Below are positions 1-12,351 of a DNA stretch of 64,000 bases, in pieces. Within the stretch, counting starts at the first letter, position 1; every line of letters begins with the position of its first letter. The stretch is taken from positions 6,572,001 through 6,636,000 of the forward strand of contig JAYWIR010000001.1 in NCBI GenBank assembly GCA_036172245.1, read 5' to 3'. Below the pieces are notes generated by a model that was given only the letters and a program-made list of their open reading frames with translations, was not told the DNA's origin and ran no database searches. The translations under genes and the position numbers were made by a program. The stretch is from Raillietiella orientalis (lineage: Eukaryota).

Positions 1-329
1 AGCTTTCCGGAACTTACGAAAAAGAAAAAAGAGCGAAAGTCCCACCACTTCATGGAACCACTGATGTAAGCGACCTCTGAAGAGCTTTCCTCGGAAAAGG
101 AATACACGCTCTACGTGCGAGCAAGTTTCTTGTCAGGAATTGCTCCCGGCGGTTGCCTCTCTCTAGAGGATGCTCCTGGAGATTCCCCAACGTGTCACAA
201 GTTTCTTGATATACCCATATCAGGACACTCCCTAGAGGGATACAGGATTAACTAATGGTGACGTCATCCATGCACGTATTATGGGCGAATGTCTAACTCC
301 CAATTATAGCTGAATCGTAACTACATGCT

Positions 330-1330
330 GGCATGGAATTCGTGTTTTATGGACAAATGTAGAAAAAGAAAGCACCCGAGCTTTCGATAGAGTTGAGAAA
401 CCTTTTCAGAAAGCTTCTCAAGATGCTGAAGCTTTTCGAGCAGAACATTTCGGGAGGTTTGTGGATAAATATTCTGCACAAATTCTCGGGAGCAAGAAGC
501 GGCTGGAAGTGGCAGGGTGAAGAAAAGGGACAGAATGCATCTTTTGTGGCTGATGAATCCAACCACACCAGCTAAACTCCACGCCTTCTAAGAAAGGGGA
601 CTCTGGAAACCATTTCAATCAAATCGGCAGGCCCGCGGATTCCATCTCACAGTACACACGAAACAGGGACCTCTCAGGGGTCAAACCGCACAAGAGCAAG
701 CTGCATTCTCACCATCCCAAATTTCGTAGGACGGCAAGTTTGCACGGCGGCTGCATTGTGTGTTTTCCCGAGAAGTCTTGAGCGCTCTGGGAAGCACGTT
801 GCATCCAGAGTCCCACACGTGTGGATGCACTGCACTGAAATCAGCATCCCGACGTGTGAAAGCAGGAGTAAGCGCAAAGGAAACAATAAACTGAATTGCT
901 GTAGCAACAGGAAAAAAAGGAACAAGAATCGCTTCAAAAATCACGAGAGGCTCAACTGTTTGCCTTCCGTCCTTCCAGATATCAGGCAAAACATGCACGT
1001 GGGCGGAGCAGAACCCTGGAAGAGCACTGAAGCTCATGTAAAATCTGACAGATTCCTCACTGGCTCCAGGAACCGTGGAAAAATTCCAACCCTACGCAAG
1101 AGCGTAAACGCCAAATAATCTGGTGGCAATGCTGCAAGAAAGTTGAGGAGATGGAAAAAAAAAAAAAAAAACAATTCGTTGAGGCTATCGCGCGAACTAG
1201 CCCGGTCATCTTGAGAACAGAACCCAAGAGACGAAAGCAATTGGGTTCTTCCGCAGTGATGATTCCACACGAAGTGTTGCTCAGGCGAGAGATGTAAGTG
1301 CTCTTGACTGCGTGCAGAGTGCAAAACGGG
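330..1330 (-). pseudogene. Unidentified dispersed gene-like unit, copy A (coding strand assumed, limits approximate)
   Basis: Shares colinear blocks with the other copies: GIITAEEPNCFRL, DIWKDG..LVIFEAILVPFFPVATA, KFGMVRMQLALVRFDP..DGIRGPADLI. Confidence 0.6.
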
Positions 1331-1399
1331 CCGCTCCCCGGGAATCTCGGACGGTTGCCCGTCTCGCTCTCTCCATTCAGTCAAACGTGCTTCCATCCA

Positions 1400-2400
1400 T
1401 GTTCTGGGCGGCGCAGCGGGTGAAATCTTCACTGCAGCGCAACCCCAGTGCTTTCGTCTTTGTGATTTCGCTGTGGTAGTCACCGTTTCTCTATACGGAT
1501 ACATCCGAATATTCCGGATGCATCCGCATGTATGGCGCGGAAATTACTCCATGGTTCCAGGCGCCGGCAAACCATGTGCACCAAAGTTGACATGAGCTTC
1601 AGCGGCTGCGTGGTGTCCTCCTTGCCAAGCTGCCAAGCTCCAACCTGAACGCGAAAGGGGCACCCAGTTGAGCCTCCCGAGACTTTTGAAGCAGTTTTTC
1701 TTGTTTCTCCTTTTCCTGCCGCCACAGGCGTTCAGTTATTTTTTTTCCCTTCGAGCTTCTTTCTGAACACCTTAGAATGCTGATTACAGTTCCGTGCATC
1801 CGAGAACATGTGGACCTTTGAACGACAGCTGCTTTGTGGTAAATTCCAGAATCCTCAACAAGGCCGCGAATGGCGATACCGAGGAAACTTGCTTTCCTCG
1901 AAACTCGAAAATGGCAGGAGCACCGCCAACTCTGGTGCAGTTCGACCGTGGAAAGATCGGAGTTCCACGTGAACTGGACGATGGAATGAGTCGGCCTGCC
2001 AACCTGATTTCATCCGCTCAGTGAGTTTCGAGTTTCGATTTGCGAAACTGGGAGCCTCTATTGCAAAGGATTTCACTTTACCTGGGAATGAGGATTGCCA
2101 CCTTCGTGGAAATCGGTATTCTGTACGTTGGCGTCCACGTTGCTCCCCGCTGGAAGTTGTTCGCGACATGGCACACGTCCCTCTTTGCATCCCTCACATA
2201 CTATAGCAAATGCCTCAGAAGTTTTCTTCTGCAAAACGAGCTCGGCTGAGGAACACGAAAAGCATACCTCGTGGCTCCAGAGGATCTTGGGCTCCAAAAC
2301 AAACGATCTCCACCCCAGCTTTGTCGCGATTCGACGCTCTCAAAACTGGGAACCGTCTCCCTCAGCATTGCGAAATGCTTCCTGAGAAAATTAAACTATT
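1400..2400 (+). pseudogene. Unidentified dispersed unit, copy B, head-to-head with copy A
   Basis: GEIFTAAQPQCFRL, FEAVFLVSPFPAATG, KMAGAPPTLVQFDRG..DDGMSRPANLI. Confidence 0.6.
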
Positions 2401-5400
2401 CCCTTGTAAGCTGCAGCGCTCTTCGCCTGCAAAGAAACCTTGCTCTGATGCAGTTCAATTGCAGGAAGCAGGAAATCTTGAAACGCGTGGAAGCTTTGCA
2501 AGATCGACAGGCTGCTGTAACGACTTGCTGTTGTCTCCACAGATCGGGTGCGTCTGAAACGTCCCGTGAACAGCACATGGATGCAATCGTGACAGCTGCA
2601 TGTGGCTTGGTTGATCAATTTCGTCAACGGCTACTGAGCTCTACGATTTCATAGGTCTTTCTCTGCAACCCAGCTAAGCATCCACTGTGTGCAGCAACCA
2701 GCCCTTCCGGGATTCAGGAAATGGAAGAAAAGCACAACGATGGCGATCGTGATCCAAGGATGTAGTTTCCTTGAGGACACTTGTTGCTGCGAATGACTGT
2801 TTGATTCGAGCTCGTAGCCTCTGAAGCGGCGGTTTGGCAGTCCTGCTTTATTGGCGCCAACATACCTTCGTGCTGAGGTCTGCTGGTCATTTGAATCGGC
2901 ATTCGAAAGGAGGCTTCCACCGTTCTGGCTGGAACACTTAAGACTACTTCGGATAGTTGAAAAGGATCCGAAGTCAGCTCAATCGCTCATCGGTGGAGGA
3001 ACCCTGGAAATTCCGAGGTGCGCCAAATGGTGGAAGCGTCCGTCCTGAATTTGTCTTGAATACGACACTGCGCACTCTAAATACCTTTGGTGTCGGCTTT
3101 GCGTCGGTGTACAGTGCTTGGTGTTTTCACGCTTGATAAAGTGGTGCAACAGTTCGAGATTCCAGAACTGACCCGAACTTCTAAACACCATGGAACGCAA
3201 TGTTGTTTCCTGGCATCCCTCCATGGTTTCAGTGGTCTTCAATGATCTCCCGCTGTATGTCGCGTCGGCTCACAGAATCCTGGCTTGATGGAAGTGGCAG
3301 CTTTTGCGGATAGTGGTGTCAAGAAAGGAGTACGCACGGTGAACCTCTTTGGGGCGTATTTCGTGCCCTCAGAATAACGGCCACCGTTTCCGCTGACTGC
3401 GGATTCGAAATTTGAAATTCTGCACATGGAAGATGGCTGGAGGAATGTTGGAACGATTCGCAAGTGACGAGCTAGCGAATGGTTCCACATTGCATCTCCA
3501 GAACAAGATTTACGAGACCCATGAAGACTTTTCAAAACTGACTGGGTAGAAAGCTACTCTTCGTGCGCTGGTCTGCACAAAAAAAGAAGAGCTTTGGTGC
3601 TTGTTTGCAGGAGACTAGCATTTTCTTGGGAATCTGAAAATCTAACGTGTTCTTCCATGAATGTCGGGATTAGATCGTGGCCGACATCCTACTGTTCAGG
3701 AGTGGCCACTGTGCCACTTCCGTTCTTTTCATTGGAGGTCTAACAGTTTTACATCCTGAAAATATGCGTTCATCGATGAATGCACGAGGAAGTTCAATCG
3801 GGGAAGGAAAATCCGCTCCGTACAGCAGGTTTCCAGGCGGAAATTTTGTTCCTGAAAAAGAGGTTTTAGAAACGAATTCCCTACGCTGCAAACAGCAGCT
3901 CAGGGAATTCGTTGCTGAGGTGCACGACTTTTGGTCCGCGTGCTCTCTCCTGGGAAGGCAGACGAAGCACACGACGGGACCAGAAGGCGATTCGGCGAGG
4001 ATGGACACAGCAGGTTATCCGAGGAACCGGAGCAAGATAGTAGCCAGGGTCCAGCACGAAGTCGATACTGATGTCGAGTTACAGAGAACTCGGACTGCAT
4101 CGGCCCTCCGCGTGCCTCGGCGCAGAGGCACGTGAAACACCTCTGGGTGCGGAGTGAAATGGTTCTGTGCGCTCTGAGCTGGCCTGCAAGAGTCCCACGC
4201 ACTGGAGGAGATCTGGGAGCACCTGACCGATGCAAGTCAATGAATTGCGTCTGCAAGGGCTGCGCCCACCTACGCCCCGATGAGACCACTCGTCGCCTTA
4301 CGAGCTGAGGATCCAGTATTCCTCTGATAGGCTGCCGCAGCCTTTGGTTCAAGGTAAAGCCTGGGTGTGCGGAAGTGCGGACTCGCCTTTAAGCGCCCTC
4401 CGGGGGCATCGAACGTCTACGTGTATGGAGGCGAAGCAATTGCCAATTTCCATGCAATTTCTTGCCCTTGATGGTCCACGCAACCTTCACTTTCCTCAAG
4501 AATACAAAAACTCGAAAGCAATCCTTTTGCGCAGTATTCCCAGAATTGTGATCGTATTGACATGTGAAGGCACTTGAAGCCACTATACCTGATGAACTGG
4601 ACGACGAATGATACGTTCACTTCCAAATGCATGGATGCCTACTCCCAGGTTACGCCAGAATTACGAGTGCAGAGTTAAATGCAATCTAAGGGAAATGTAC
4701 CAATAGATGAAGAAAATGTGCTGAAACTTTTCCAATTTCATGGTAAGTATCCCTGGAGCTCTGTAGAAATTATACTTTGCTCAATCAGTCCGTTCTATCG
4801 ACATTCAGTTTTTTCTGCTGTTACTTCCTTTTTCACTGAGAACAGTTGTCGTTCGTCAAAGGGGCGTCAAAGGGGCAGTGAACGGCCCTCGGCAAAACTC
4901 TCCAATTGCAACTCGACGGACTAAGTGCATCCCTGCCCAGGGGTTACTTGGAAACGCTTCATGCAGAGAAACGGGTAGAAAGGAACACTTTTCTGCAAGT
5001 CGTATCTTGTTGTATCTTGTTGACTGGAGCTTTCGCCCTTGCATCACCAAGACTGAGGAAAGTGCAGTCTTCGTTCCAGCACTCCTTCCGTGTTTTTTCT
5101 CAGCTTCGTGCATTCTTCCTGCTTTTACCGTGCTGTTGTTTCCCGTGCACTTCTTTGTAATTCCTTTCAAGCAGCTCCCAATTTCCGTGTAAGAGTTCCG
5201 CCCGTGATTCGTTCGGAAATGAACCCTAAACGGCGATGTGGCTTCTCATGAGGCCTCCAAGTTCATTAGCAATTCTTCCACATCTTTTCAAGAGACTCTT
5301 TTCAAAGGAATCCTTGCACCACTTCCACTAATTGTCCTCTTCGCTTTTCCCACCACTGCATTGGTTTTCGTTTATCTTAAAATTCGTTCGGTTTCCCCTT

Positions 5401-5779
5401 TGGCAACTGACGTTATCCGGAGCTGAATGCTCAAGTTTTTCCACCAGGATGGGGTTTGAAATGTTCTTTACAGAGTACGAGGGGCTCAGTTTCGAAACCT
5501 TAGGTAGCAATGAATCGGTACATGGAACAACTGCTTGGGTTTGCACGGAAACTCCCTGTTTCTCCGTCTGCTCGCAATGCCCTGCATAGCCTTCGCCCTG
5601 TCCAGCGGAGACAGACTACGTTCCTCTTCGTATTATTTTGATGTGAAGGGACGACGGCCTCGTGACATCTCATGGTTGTCCGTTCCATCCCATGCAGTAT
5701 CCTTCTCTCGCTCCATACATGCTCCCCTGCGCTCCCACTGTGAGTTCTCGCTCGGATTTTCACAAGGTCACAGTGCTGA

Positions 5780-6570
5780 GAAGAGACCGATGGAAAAACG
5801 GAACAAAAATGTGCGAAGGGGAAGAGGGTGTGCGAATTTGTCGAAGAAGGGAGAGAAAAGAGGAAGAAAATAATGACGCCGAAATTGGGGGAGGAAACGT
5901 GGGGAAAGAGAAGGGAGCCGAGACGGAAGTGAGAAGGCATCATAAGTGGAGAGGATCAACGAGATGATGAAAGGGAGAGTAGAAGACGAAAGAAGTGGAA
6001 AAAAAATAGGAAAAAGCCAAGAAAGCAGTTCCTCAATTTGCCTTGATGAGTAAGAGGAGAGGGAAGCAAGGGTAATGGAAAAGGAATAAGAGGTGGCAGG
6101 AAAGCAGTAGCAGGAATCGAAATGAGAGATAGATGAAGCAAGGAAGGATGTTCGTTTGAAAAAAGTCGCAGAAGAAGAATGGAGCAACCATAACGAGTGA
6201 AGAGGAAATTAAGGCACAAAAAGTGTTCTCACGAAGAGAGGAAACAGAGTTAGAGGTAACTGAGGAGACTAGAAAATGGAAGAGGAAGAAAAGGGAAGGA
6301 GCTGCTAGAGGAACACACACAAAAAAATAAATGTGGAGAGATAGAGAGTAATGAATTTGAAAAGGGAAGAGAAAGCCAATGACGGTTTAATGAAGCGAAG
6401 AGAGAGAAAAAGGGAACAATGGAGTCGATAGGTGGAAGAACATGGGTCACAAAGGAAGGAAGAAGAGACAAGAAGAAGATGCATCGAGGGAACGAAATGA
6501 TCAGGTGGATAACAGGCAAAAGAGTTGAAGAGAACAGAAGGAAGACGCTGGGAAAACAGAAGGGTGAAGG
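5780..6570 (+). other. Purine (GA)-rich low-complexity tract, possibly a decayed Glu/Lys-rich coding sequence
   Basis: Strong A/G bias, with E/K/R-rich translations interrupted by stops on the + strand. Confidence 0.55.
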
Positions 6571-7164
6571 AACGCATCCTGCATGGTCCCACTGAGGATC
6601 GGTCACCGGTTTTGGGGACTGGTTGTGCGTTCGTTTGCAGAGGTGTCTTGCAGAAAGAGGCACCGAAGGCGAGCTGACTCGGTGCTATCTTCCTCCTTGA
6701 AGTCAGTACGCTCAGGACGGAATGCACTTTGAAAGTCGCAAACGAAATATTTCAGGAGCGAAAATGAGAAAGGTGAAAGTAGAGTGATCGCAGAAATGAG
6801 TGAGGAAGGTTCCCGAAAGAGAATGTCAGATAGAGGAGCAATCGAAGGGGAAAGGCAAATTGGGAAATCAGAAAGCAAACAATCGCAAAGCAAACACGTG
6901 TGTTTACATTGCGTCACTTCTAGTCACTTCTTGTGAGAACGAAAAGCCATTCTGCAATTAAGGGGCCCAATACAAAATCCCTTTTTATTAGTGGGGTATC
7001 GTTTCCACTGTGCGGATGAAATCCTGGTATCTGTACTGCTTGAGAGAGTACAGAGTAAAGCTGAGGGAGAAAAAAATGGAAGGCAGTACACAGACCAATC
7101 CCATGTATCCAATTTATACTTTCACAAGGAAAACATTTCTGCAAACTGGGGGAAAGAAAAGGGA

Positions 7165-7245
7165 TAGCTGTGGCCCCTGTGGCGTCCACAGCTTCAGTCG
7201 CAGCATGCCGTGTGAGGTGTTGCCATGCGGCCACTCATGGTGATC
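7165..7245 (+). pseudogene. Possible RING-finger (C3HC4) N-terminal half remnant
   Basis: CGPCGVHSFSRSMPCEVLPCGHSW*: CX2C...LPCGH followed by TGA where the next Cys is expected. Confidence 0.35.
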
Positions 7246-8304
7246 CATGACAAGCAGACCACTATCAGGATGGCGCTTCTGGCCTTCTTGCACCCACCGT
7301 GACCTTCGCCTCTCGAAGCCGCGTAAGCCGCGCCGGAAGCGGACAGATCTCTGCAGGAATCTTCAGGAGAGGAACAACGCTCTCGTCCACGATCTCAGCA
7401 CTTCATTGAGGAACAGACGGATCTGAAAGCAGCTCACGCTGCTCACCACCATTTTAAAGAAGTGGAAGAATCGTGACCAATCTGGCAGTGCGCCAGTTTT
7501 TCGGAGGGCCATCTTCATCAGCAACGTATGACTCAGCCTTCTAGTGCACCGTCTCGCGTGCCCAAAGTTCCTCAATCGCAACGTCTACTCGCAGAAATAC
7601 GTAGAGGATGACAGAAGGACGGCACTTCCCACGTCCAAGCTTATTCAGGAGGTCACGCGGAAGTGTTTCTTGTGAAGAATATCGATTTTCATTTGGAATT
7701 CGTTCCGATGCTCCGTAATGGCAGCGTGGAACCACTACTTCCGCATCCTCCGGTGGAGTTCACTGCTCGGAATCAGCCGCAATAAGATTTGAGCGCTGGA
7801 AAATTGGCGAGAAAGAAATTGCAAAACCAAAACCAAGAAATATTGAACAGAAAGAACTGAAGTGCCAGAGGGTAGGAAATGAATGGCGTTTCGTCTGAGT
7901 AGCGTTTGGTAGCTTCTGGCTCTATTCAAGAACGCCAGGATCTTCTGACTGGTAGCGTCTCTATTTAGACTATGCCACTGGAATCCTCAAGAATGCGATG
8001 ACGAAGAAATGAATTTTCCATTTCTTTCTTCTCCATTTCTCCTTCCGACTTGCGTATGGTGCTCGCAGCGGCCGCGACTCCTTGGATGCAGCGGGAAACT
8101 TCGTTCGTCGAGTTCTTTCACCATTTCAGTCTTGTACATTCCAGCATGTGAGACTGTATGAGATATCCAATACGTGGCGGAAGTGGACTGTCACCGAACG
8201 GGCGCAGAATTCAAATGCCGATGAAACGTCTTCTGCCATAACATCAAGCGAAGAGCGAGAGCGATTCCCTGCGGGAAGCTGCAGCGCCCCTTCTGAGTTT
8301 CGGA

Positions 8305-8510
8305 AGCGTCCCTTCGGGGTTCTCTTCAGAGGAGTGAACAAGGAGCGGTTCCCTTGAGGGTTCCCTCCGGAGAAGAAATTCCTACAAGCGGATCCTTTCC
8401 GGGTTCCCTTCGGAGAGAATGAGGAAGGAGATTCCCTCCGGGGTTCCCCTTCGGAGACAACCAGGGTGGGAGGTGCGATCCCCCCCCCTTCCGGGGGGAT
8501 CCCTCCCCAA
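8305..8510. repeat. Degenerate ~41-bp minisatellite, 4-5 units, core CCCTnCGGGGTTCCCTTCGGAGA
   Basis: GGGTT cores at 8317, 8358, 8401 and 8441 (spacing 41, 43, 40). Confidence 0.7.
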
Positions 8511-11500
8511 GCGTGAGAGGAACGGACTCCGAGCCCTTCCTGGATTCATAGGGCGGACCCCATCCCGGGGTGCCCCCTATCCTGAAGAATTACACTGAAG
8601 AATTGCGAGTTGCCGCGCGCGGAGGGGCGCGGAAAGAAAACAGTGTGTTTGATGTTTAAAACGAGCCACGCGCGCCGCGAGGCACGCGACCGGCTCTGAG
8701 GTACTTAGCGAACCAAAAAAAAGAATAAACTCTTAAAAAAAAAAGTGTTAACAGCGAAGACAGAAGAAAAAGAAGAACTCAAGGATTTCCATCGTTCACA
8801 GTAGGCTGCGTTCAGAGAACGCAGCCTACTTTGTCGCCTTTGGAACCTCGAGTGACCAGAGTTCCCGTGTCGCCGTGAAATGAAATTCGTACACATGCCG
8901 ATTCGAGTCCTTCCTTTCGAACACTTTTATTCGAGCTGCAGTGGATGGAAATTCCCGGCCAGTAGGCTGTTCATCTTGATTCTATCAGCTGTACATTTTT
9001 TCGGGTCTTTCTAGGAAATTGTGGCATGCAAAGTTTGGACTTTTCTCTATGACTGGGAACAGTCGCGATATCAAAAGGCATATGACCAAAGATAGCAGAG
9101 ACATAGTAGAAACAGCATAGCTCTGTCAAGGCAGGAACGTCTTTTTCATTTGTTCAACCGACCACAATCGATGTCCAACTGGGATACCTTGGCGTTCGAA
9201 TACAGAATGAGGAACATGAGAACGCAAGAGACGAAAGCACTAAAAGAAGAACTGCAACTGATCAGGGGAGAAGCAAGCCGCACATCTTTCTCCTTTTTGG
9301 AAACCGCAGTTGCTGTACAGGATGACGCTGGATGTGTGGGAGCTTGCGTGTGAATTTTCCACAGGAAGAAGGAATGACTGACCATCGGCCAACGGCACGC
9401 TGGAGTTTTGCGACTACACTTCTGAGTGATTACCCTTTCTGTGAACATAAGCGGAAATTTCGATGCCCATCATCATTCCGCTATCTGAATGCATGGAGTT
9501 CAGACCAGAATGTAGTCAGAAGAACAGCCGAAATCCAGTGCCCTTCAGCCTGTTGTCTGATGCGGTGCCATCATGGCCTGTCTGTCGCACCACTCTGACG
9601 TCTCGCCCGGTGAGGAAGGTTACCTCAGCGACTTGCTTTGTTTTTCGCCCTGAAGCAAGCGAACGCGAGAAGTTCGGCGAGCTGAGTCACCTTAATGGTC
9701 TCAGGGATAAGGTCAAGAGGGAAAGGACGAAATCTGAAAGCTTTGCCCCGGGTGTTTGTAATTCCCATGTGAAATTCTCCCACGTACGTCGTAGTACGTG
9801 CAGGCAGGTTTTCAAAAAGAAAAGGTTTTTTCTCATCGGCTTCTCTCATTTGCTCCCGCTGATCCTTTTGTTGGTTGAGTTTCCTTTCCTTTCCTTTCCT
9901 CGGCTGTTCGGTATGAGGAGCGCAGTCGGCCCGTGTCCCCAATCATCTTCATCAACACTTTTACTTGGTCACTGATTCAATGGAGAGGGTGGCTGACGGT
10001 CTCTTCTTTGGTTAGCAGTCCCCGACGGTTTGTGGTGGTCTTCTTTTTCGGGAAACCCCACTTTAGGTTCACTTTTGCGTGTGTCAGATGCGGAATCTAC
10101 CACGAAAAGCACTTGACCACTGTCTCTGGTGCAATGCAGTAGCTATTGTTTCGGTGGTGACGAGGCCTTCCAACTCTTTCAAGAACAAGAAGAATGACAT
10201 CCCCTAACGTGTTTGCCTGGAACACTGAATGCCAATGTCAGTTTTCTGACCACGAGGGTGGGGTAGGCGCTGTATCGCTTGATGGGCTAAAGGAGTGTTG
10301 CTCTAGAGAACGGTACGTGTGCAGGGCAAGGCTGTGACTCTCTCTGCATTTGGGTACGTGGCAGCCATTGTCCAGGGAGCAAATTCCACCAGAGTAAAGC
10401 GGGGCTGCGCACCGAGGAATAAAAAGGGTGCAGTCTGAGCCCTGCTTTTAAGGGAGTGAGCAGAGAACGAGCGGCTTCACCGAATCGAGTCGAGGGCTGT
10501 GGCTCATCGGTGTGAGTATGAGATGCTTCGATTTGCGAATGGCCTTGCAACGAGTTCAACGAAGATGATCTGCAAAAAAAAAAAGAGCCTGTGCTCAACG
10601 TTTCTTCCGAATCTCGCCATCCTCACCTTCATGGTGGGAATTCCTTCCCACGGAAATCAAAGTGTGACCGTTCACCATAACAGCGTCTTCTGGACCTGCA
10701 AACGATGCTATTCCTGAAATAAAGCCGTGTATCAGGTGGCACCTATCTTTGAGAGATTCGCCAGCGTACTCACTGCAGTTTGCTAATACCGCATGCAGCG
10801 ATGCAGTCGAGCAGTCACCCGACAAGGATGGGTGCTCACCCATGCCCTTTACTTCTCACGTAAACCAAGAGGCTGCACTGCAACACATAATCGCCAGAGG
10901 GCACGCTACTTCACCGCGTGTTGTTTGCAAATCCGGGATTTCTGCTGCAGTGAGTAGCCGAATGCAATGCGCTCCGAAGTGAAGCAGCGCCTCCGATCCG
11001 TGCGAGGAAGAGAATTGCTGTAGCCGTTTTGAGGAGCGTCGCGACCTCGGCGGACGGGCAGTGCGCGATCATTACGCGCTCGCGAAAAGAGCAGTCCGTG
11101 CGATTGCGGATATGCAAAGACGGCAGAGGACATGGACGGGGGCGAGTCGACGGCCAAGCACCGCAGCAACCTCTCGAGGTTGGCCATGGGCTGAAGTGCC
11201 GCTTGTAGCGTGCGTCAGCCGCTCTCACGGGCAGCCTGTGCTCCAGCGGGCCGAAGGCGACAGCAGAGAAATCCCTATATCTGTTGCAAGAAGGAGGATG
11301 CTGCCACGCAACTGCAAGGCCACCAAGAAGCCATCATGGGGTATATACAATTCCGTGGTCTCGAGGGGGCACGTGCCAGGGGCGGACCCTTCAGGCGAAT
11401 CCCTGAGCTTTTCGGACAGGATCCCTCACGCGGTCGTGGACAATTTTCACTGAGGAGGACTCGGAAGCCTTTAGGCGGTTAGCATGAATTGTGGGACGCA

Positions 11501-12117
11501 CGGTCCCATTCCGAGCTTTTGCAAGTGAATGGTCGGTCAGCCGTATTTCTCCTTGTATGCAGTGCACTTAAAAATCAGGAGGGTCCATGTTGTGATCGTT
11601 AGTCGACCGTGTTGACTGATGACTTGCTTACCAGCGATACTCCGATCGGACGTCGATGCTGTGCTCCGTGGAAGAGCTCAGTCTTGTATATCTATCTCCG
11701 GCGATCGACACATGGATCTTAGCACTGCAACTGTTCTTGTGAATAGAGAACCAATTCCAGCAGTAGAAATCAGCATGAGGTGAGGAAATAGTTTCAGCTA
11801 TTTCGCCCATTGTGTGTAAGGTCGTGAGCAACCAGAACACTGCCTGGACTTCTGCCTGGATCTTCTTTCCTGACATGCTGCTGCTGCGCACGTCATCTGA
11901 AAAAAATGCATGCAACGAATCCGGAGGTTATAGGACTGATCGATCCAGAAGAAGTTGTATTCAACTGTCAGGAATAACGAGAGGGTTGTGAGCAGATGAA
12001 GAAATTACATGGCACCTGTAGAGACATTGCTCTTGTCATCCGTGACAATCACAATCCGTGTCCATCACAATAGTGAAAAGAAATCCGTGAGTCATGGGGC
12101 GAAGCACGATCAGACCA

Positions 12118-12351
12118 CTAGTGCAGAAGAGGTAAAAGTATGAAGAGAGAGGAGATGGAAATGGGAAGAAAAAATGGTCTAGGGCGAGTTTGTGGTTTGT
12201 TTATTGGAATGGTAGTGGAGGATGGGAGTGTAATATTGATATATATGTTCTGGTAGATTAGAAGGGAGATTGAAGAAGAGATGATTAGGGTGGTTGCTAG
12301 TGGGGTAGGAATTAGTTCTAAGGTTATTCATTTTGGAAGGAAACCTGGTAG
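12118..12351 (-). pseudogene. nad2: NUMT: 3' part of mitochondrial NADH dehydrogenase subunit 2
   Basis: With TGA=Trp and ATA=Met it reads LPGFLPKWMTLELIPTPLATTLIISSSISLLIYQNM...LLPLLH* without interruption. GFLPKW is the hallmark ND2 motif. Strong mitochondrial-type strand skew (G-poor, C-rich coding strand). Confidence 0.8.

Noticed and set aside
5768-6727. Overlapping F/L/S-rich minus-strand ORFs resembling membrane proteins
   Set aside because: Artefact of the purine-rich low-complexity tract. The pyrimidine-rich tract at 43340-43580 gives the same effect.
8305-8510. Regularly spaced repeat as a CRISPR array
   Set aside because: Units are degenerate with short non-unique intervals, the context is eukaryotic, and no cas genes are present.
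11628-11900. Minus-strand segment bounded by ttcag/gtaag with faint MFS-transporter-like wording
   Set aside because: Similarity is too weak to call by eye and no neighbouring exons were recognised.
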